NCBI GenBank assembly: GCA_051888775.1
Contig: JBJFCE010000050.1
Coordinates: forward strand, 24,879 to 88,878
DNA: 64,000 nt
Reading direction: 5' to 3'
Origin: Lachnospiraceae bacterium
GTDB lineage: Bacteria; Bacillota; Clostridia; Lachnospirales; Lachnospiraceae
Part shown: positions 63,840 through 64,000 of the stretch, piece by piece
How positions within the stretch are numbered: position 1 is the first letter of the stretch
Layout: each line of letters begins with the position of its first letter
The notes under the pieces: model-generated
What the model was told of the DNA's origin: nothing
What the model saw: only the letters and a program-made list of their open reading frames with translations
The model's database searches: none
Position numbers and translations under genes: made by a program

Positions 63840-64000
63840 CTAATACCCGTAATATTGTCTGATCACAAACGGATCTGCATCTGTCATGACCGCACACAGA
63901 ACAACACATTTCTGAATTTCCAAAGTTTTTATTACATGGGACAGCTTTTTACTGTTTGCACTTCCCTGTGGGAATTGCAACAAGATACCATCGCAGCTTC
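63840..64000 (-). CDS. 3' end (52 codons) of a gene running off the right edge; possibly a CpsD-like tyrosine-kinase/ATPase C-terminus
   Basis: Hand translation: ...SCDGILLQFPQGSANSKKLSHVIKTLEIQKCVVLCAVMTDADPFVIRQYYGY, stop TAG at 63842-63840. The pattern (K..L..I..L......VLGAV...D) loosely recalls BY-kinase C-termini. Very tentative. Confidence 0.3.
   Translation of the reverse strand, partial: SCDGILLQFPQGSANSKKLSHVIKTLEIQKCVVLCAVMTDADPFVIRQYYGY

Noticed and set aside
1-64000. Searched the ORF set for a mobile-element, prophage, defence-system or toxin-antitoxin gene (transposase, integrase, nuclease/helicase, methyltransferase, RT, Cas)
   Set aside because: None found. Every ORF above about 180 aa on the coding strand is assignable to glycan biosynthesis or to membrane proteins of that context.

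Overview
The window is one continuous glycan-assembly super-locus, almost entirely on the minus strand. It holds 48 complete CDS and 2 edge-truncated CDS; only 18408-19532 is on the plus strand. Protein content and Shine-Dalgarno style suggest a Clostridia-type Firmicute (inference, not verified). I found no rRNA, tRNA, CRISPR, transposase, integrase, phage, toxin or regulator gene.

Coding content:
- Two phosphoglycosyl transferases: WbaP-type 9874-11298 and PglC-type 34109-34735.
- 13 GT2/GT4 glycosyltransferases, plus one GT52-like and one KpsS-like candidate.
- One Wzx flippase and two fused ABC exporters.
- Three polymerase/ligase-type membrane proteins: Wzy-like, EpsG-like, and an 896-aa protein with a WaaL motif.
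- Four paralogous GtrII-like membrane proteins and one ArnC/GtrB-like polyprenyl-phosphate glycosyltransferase.
- A complete pseudaminic-acid pathway (pseB, pseC, pseF, pseI, fused pseH-pseG).
- A WbpO/WbpP-like dehydrogenase/epimerase pair with two AsnB-type amidotransferases.
- A PglF/PglE/PglC-like amino-sugar module.
- Two FemAB-like transferases.
- Pyruvyl, O-acetyl and N-acetyl transferases.

The most unusual signal is non-coding. Seven long-hairpin elements of 137-255 bp (E1-E7) occupy the five largest intergenic gaps. They share a conserved 73-87 nt core with an apical hairpin whose stem co-varies around a fixed AAAATAC loop. The 32-85 bp arms differ between copies but stay self-complementary within each copy. 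One copy (E1) has perfect arms and a 7-bp flanking direct repeat that looks like a target-site duplication. I do not recognise this family.

All functional calls rest on motif recognition by eye. No database search was run.
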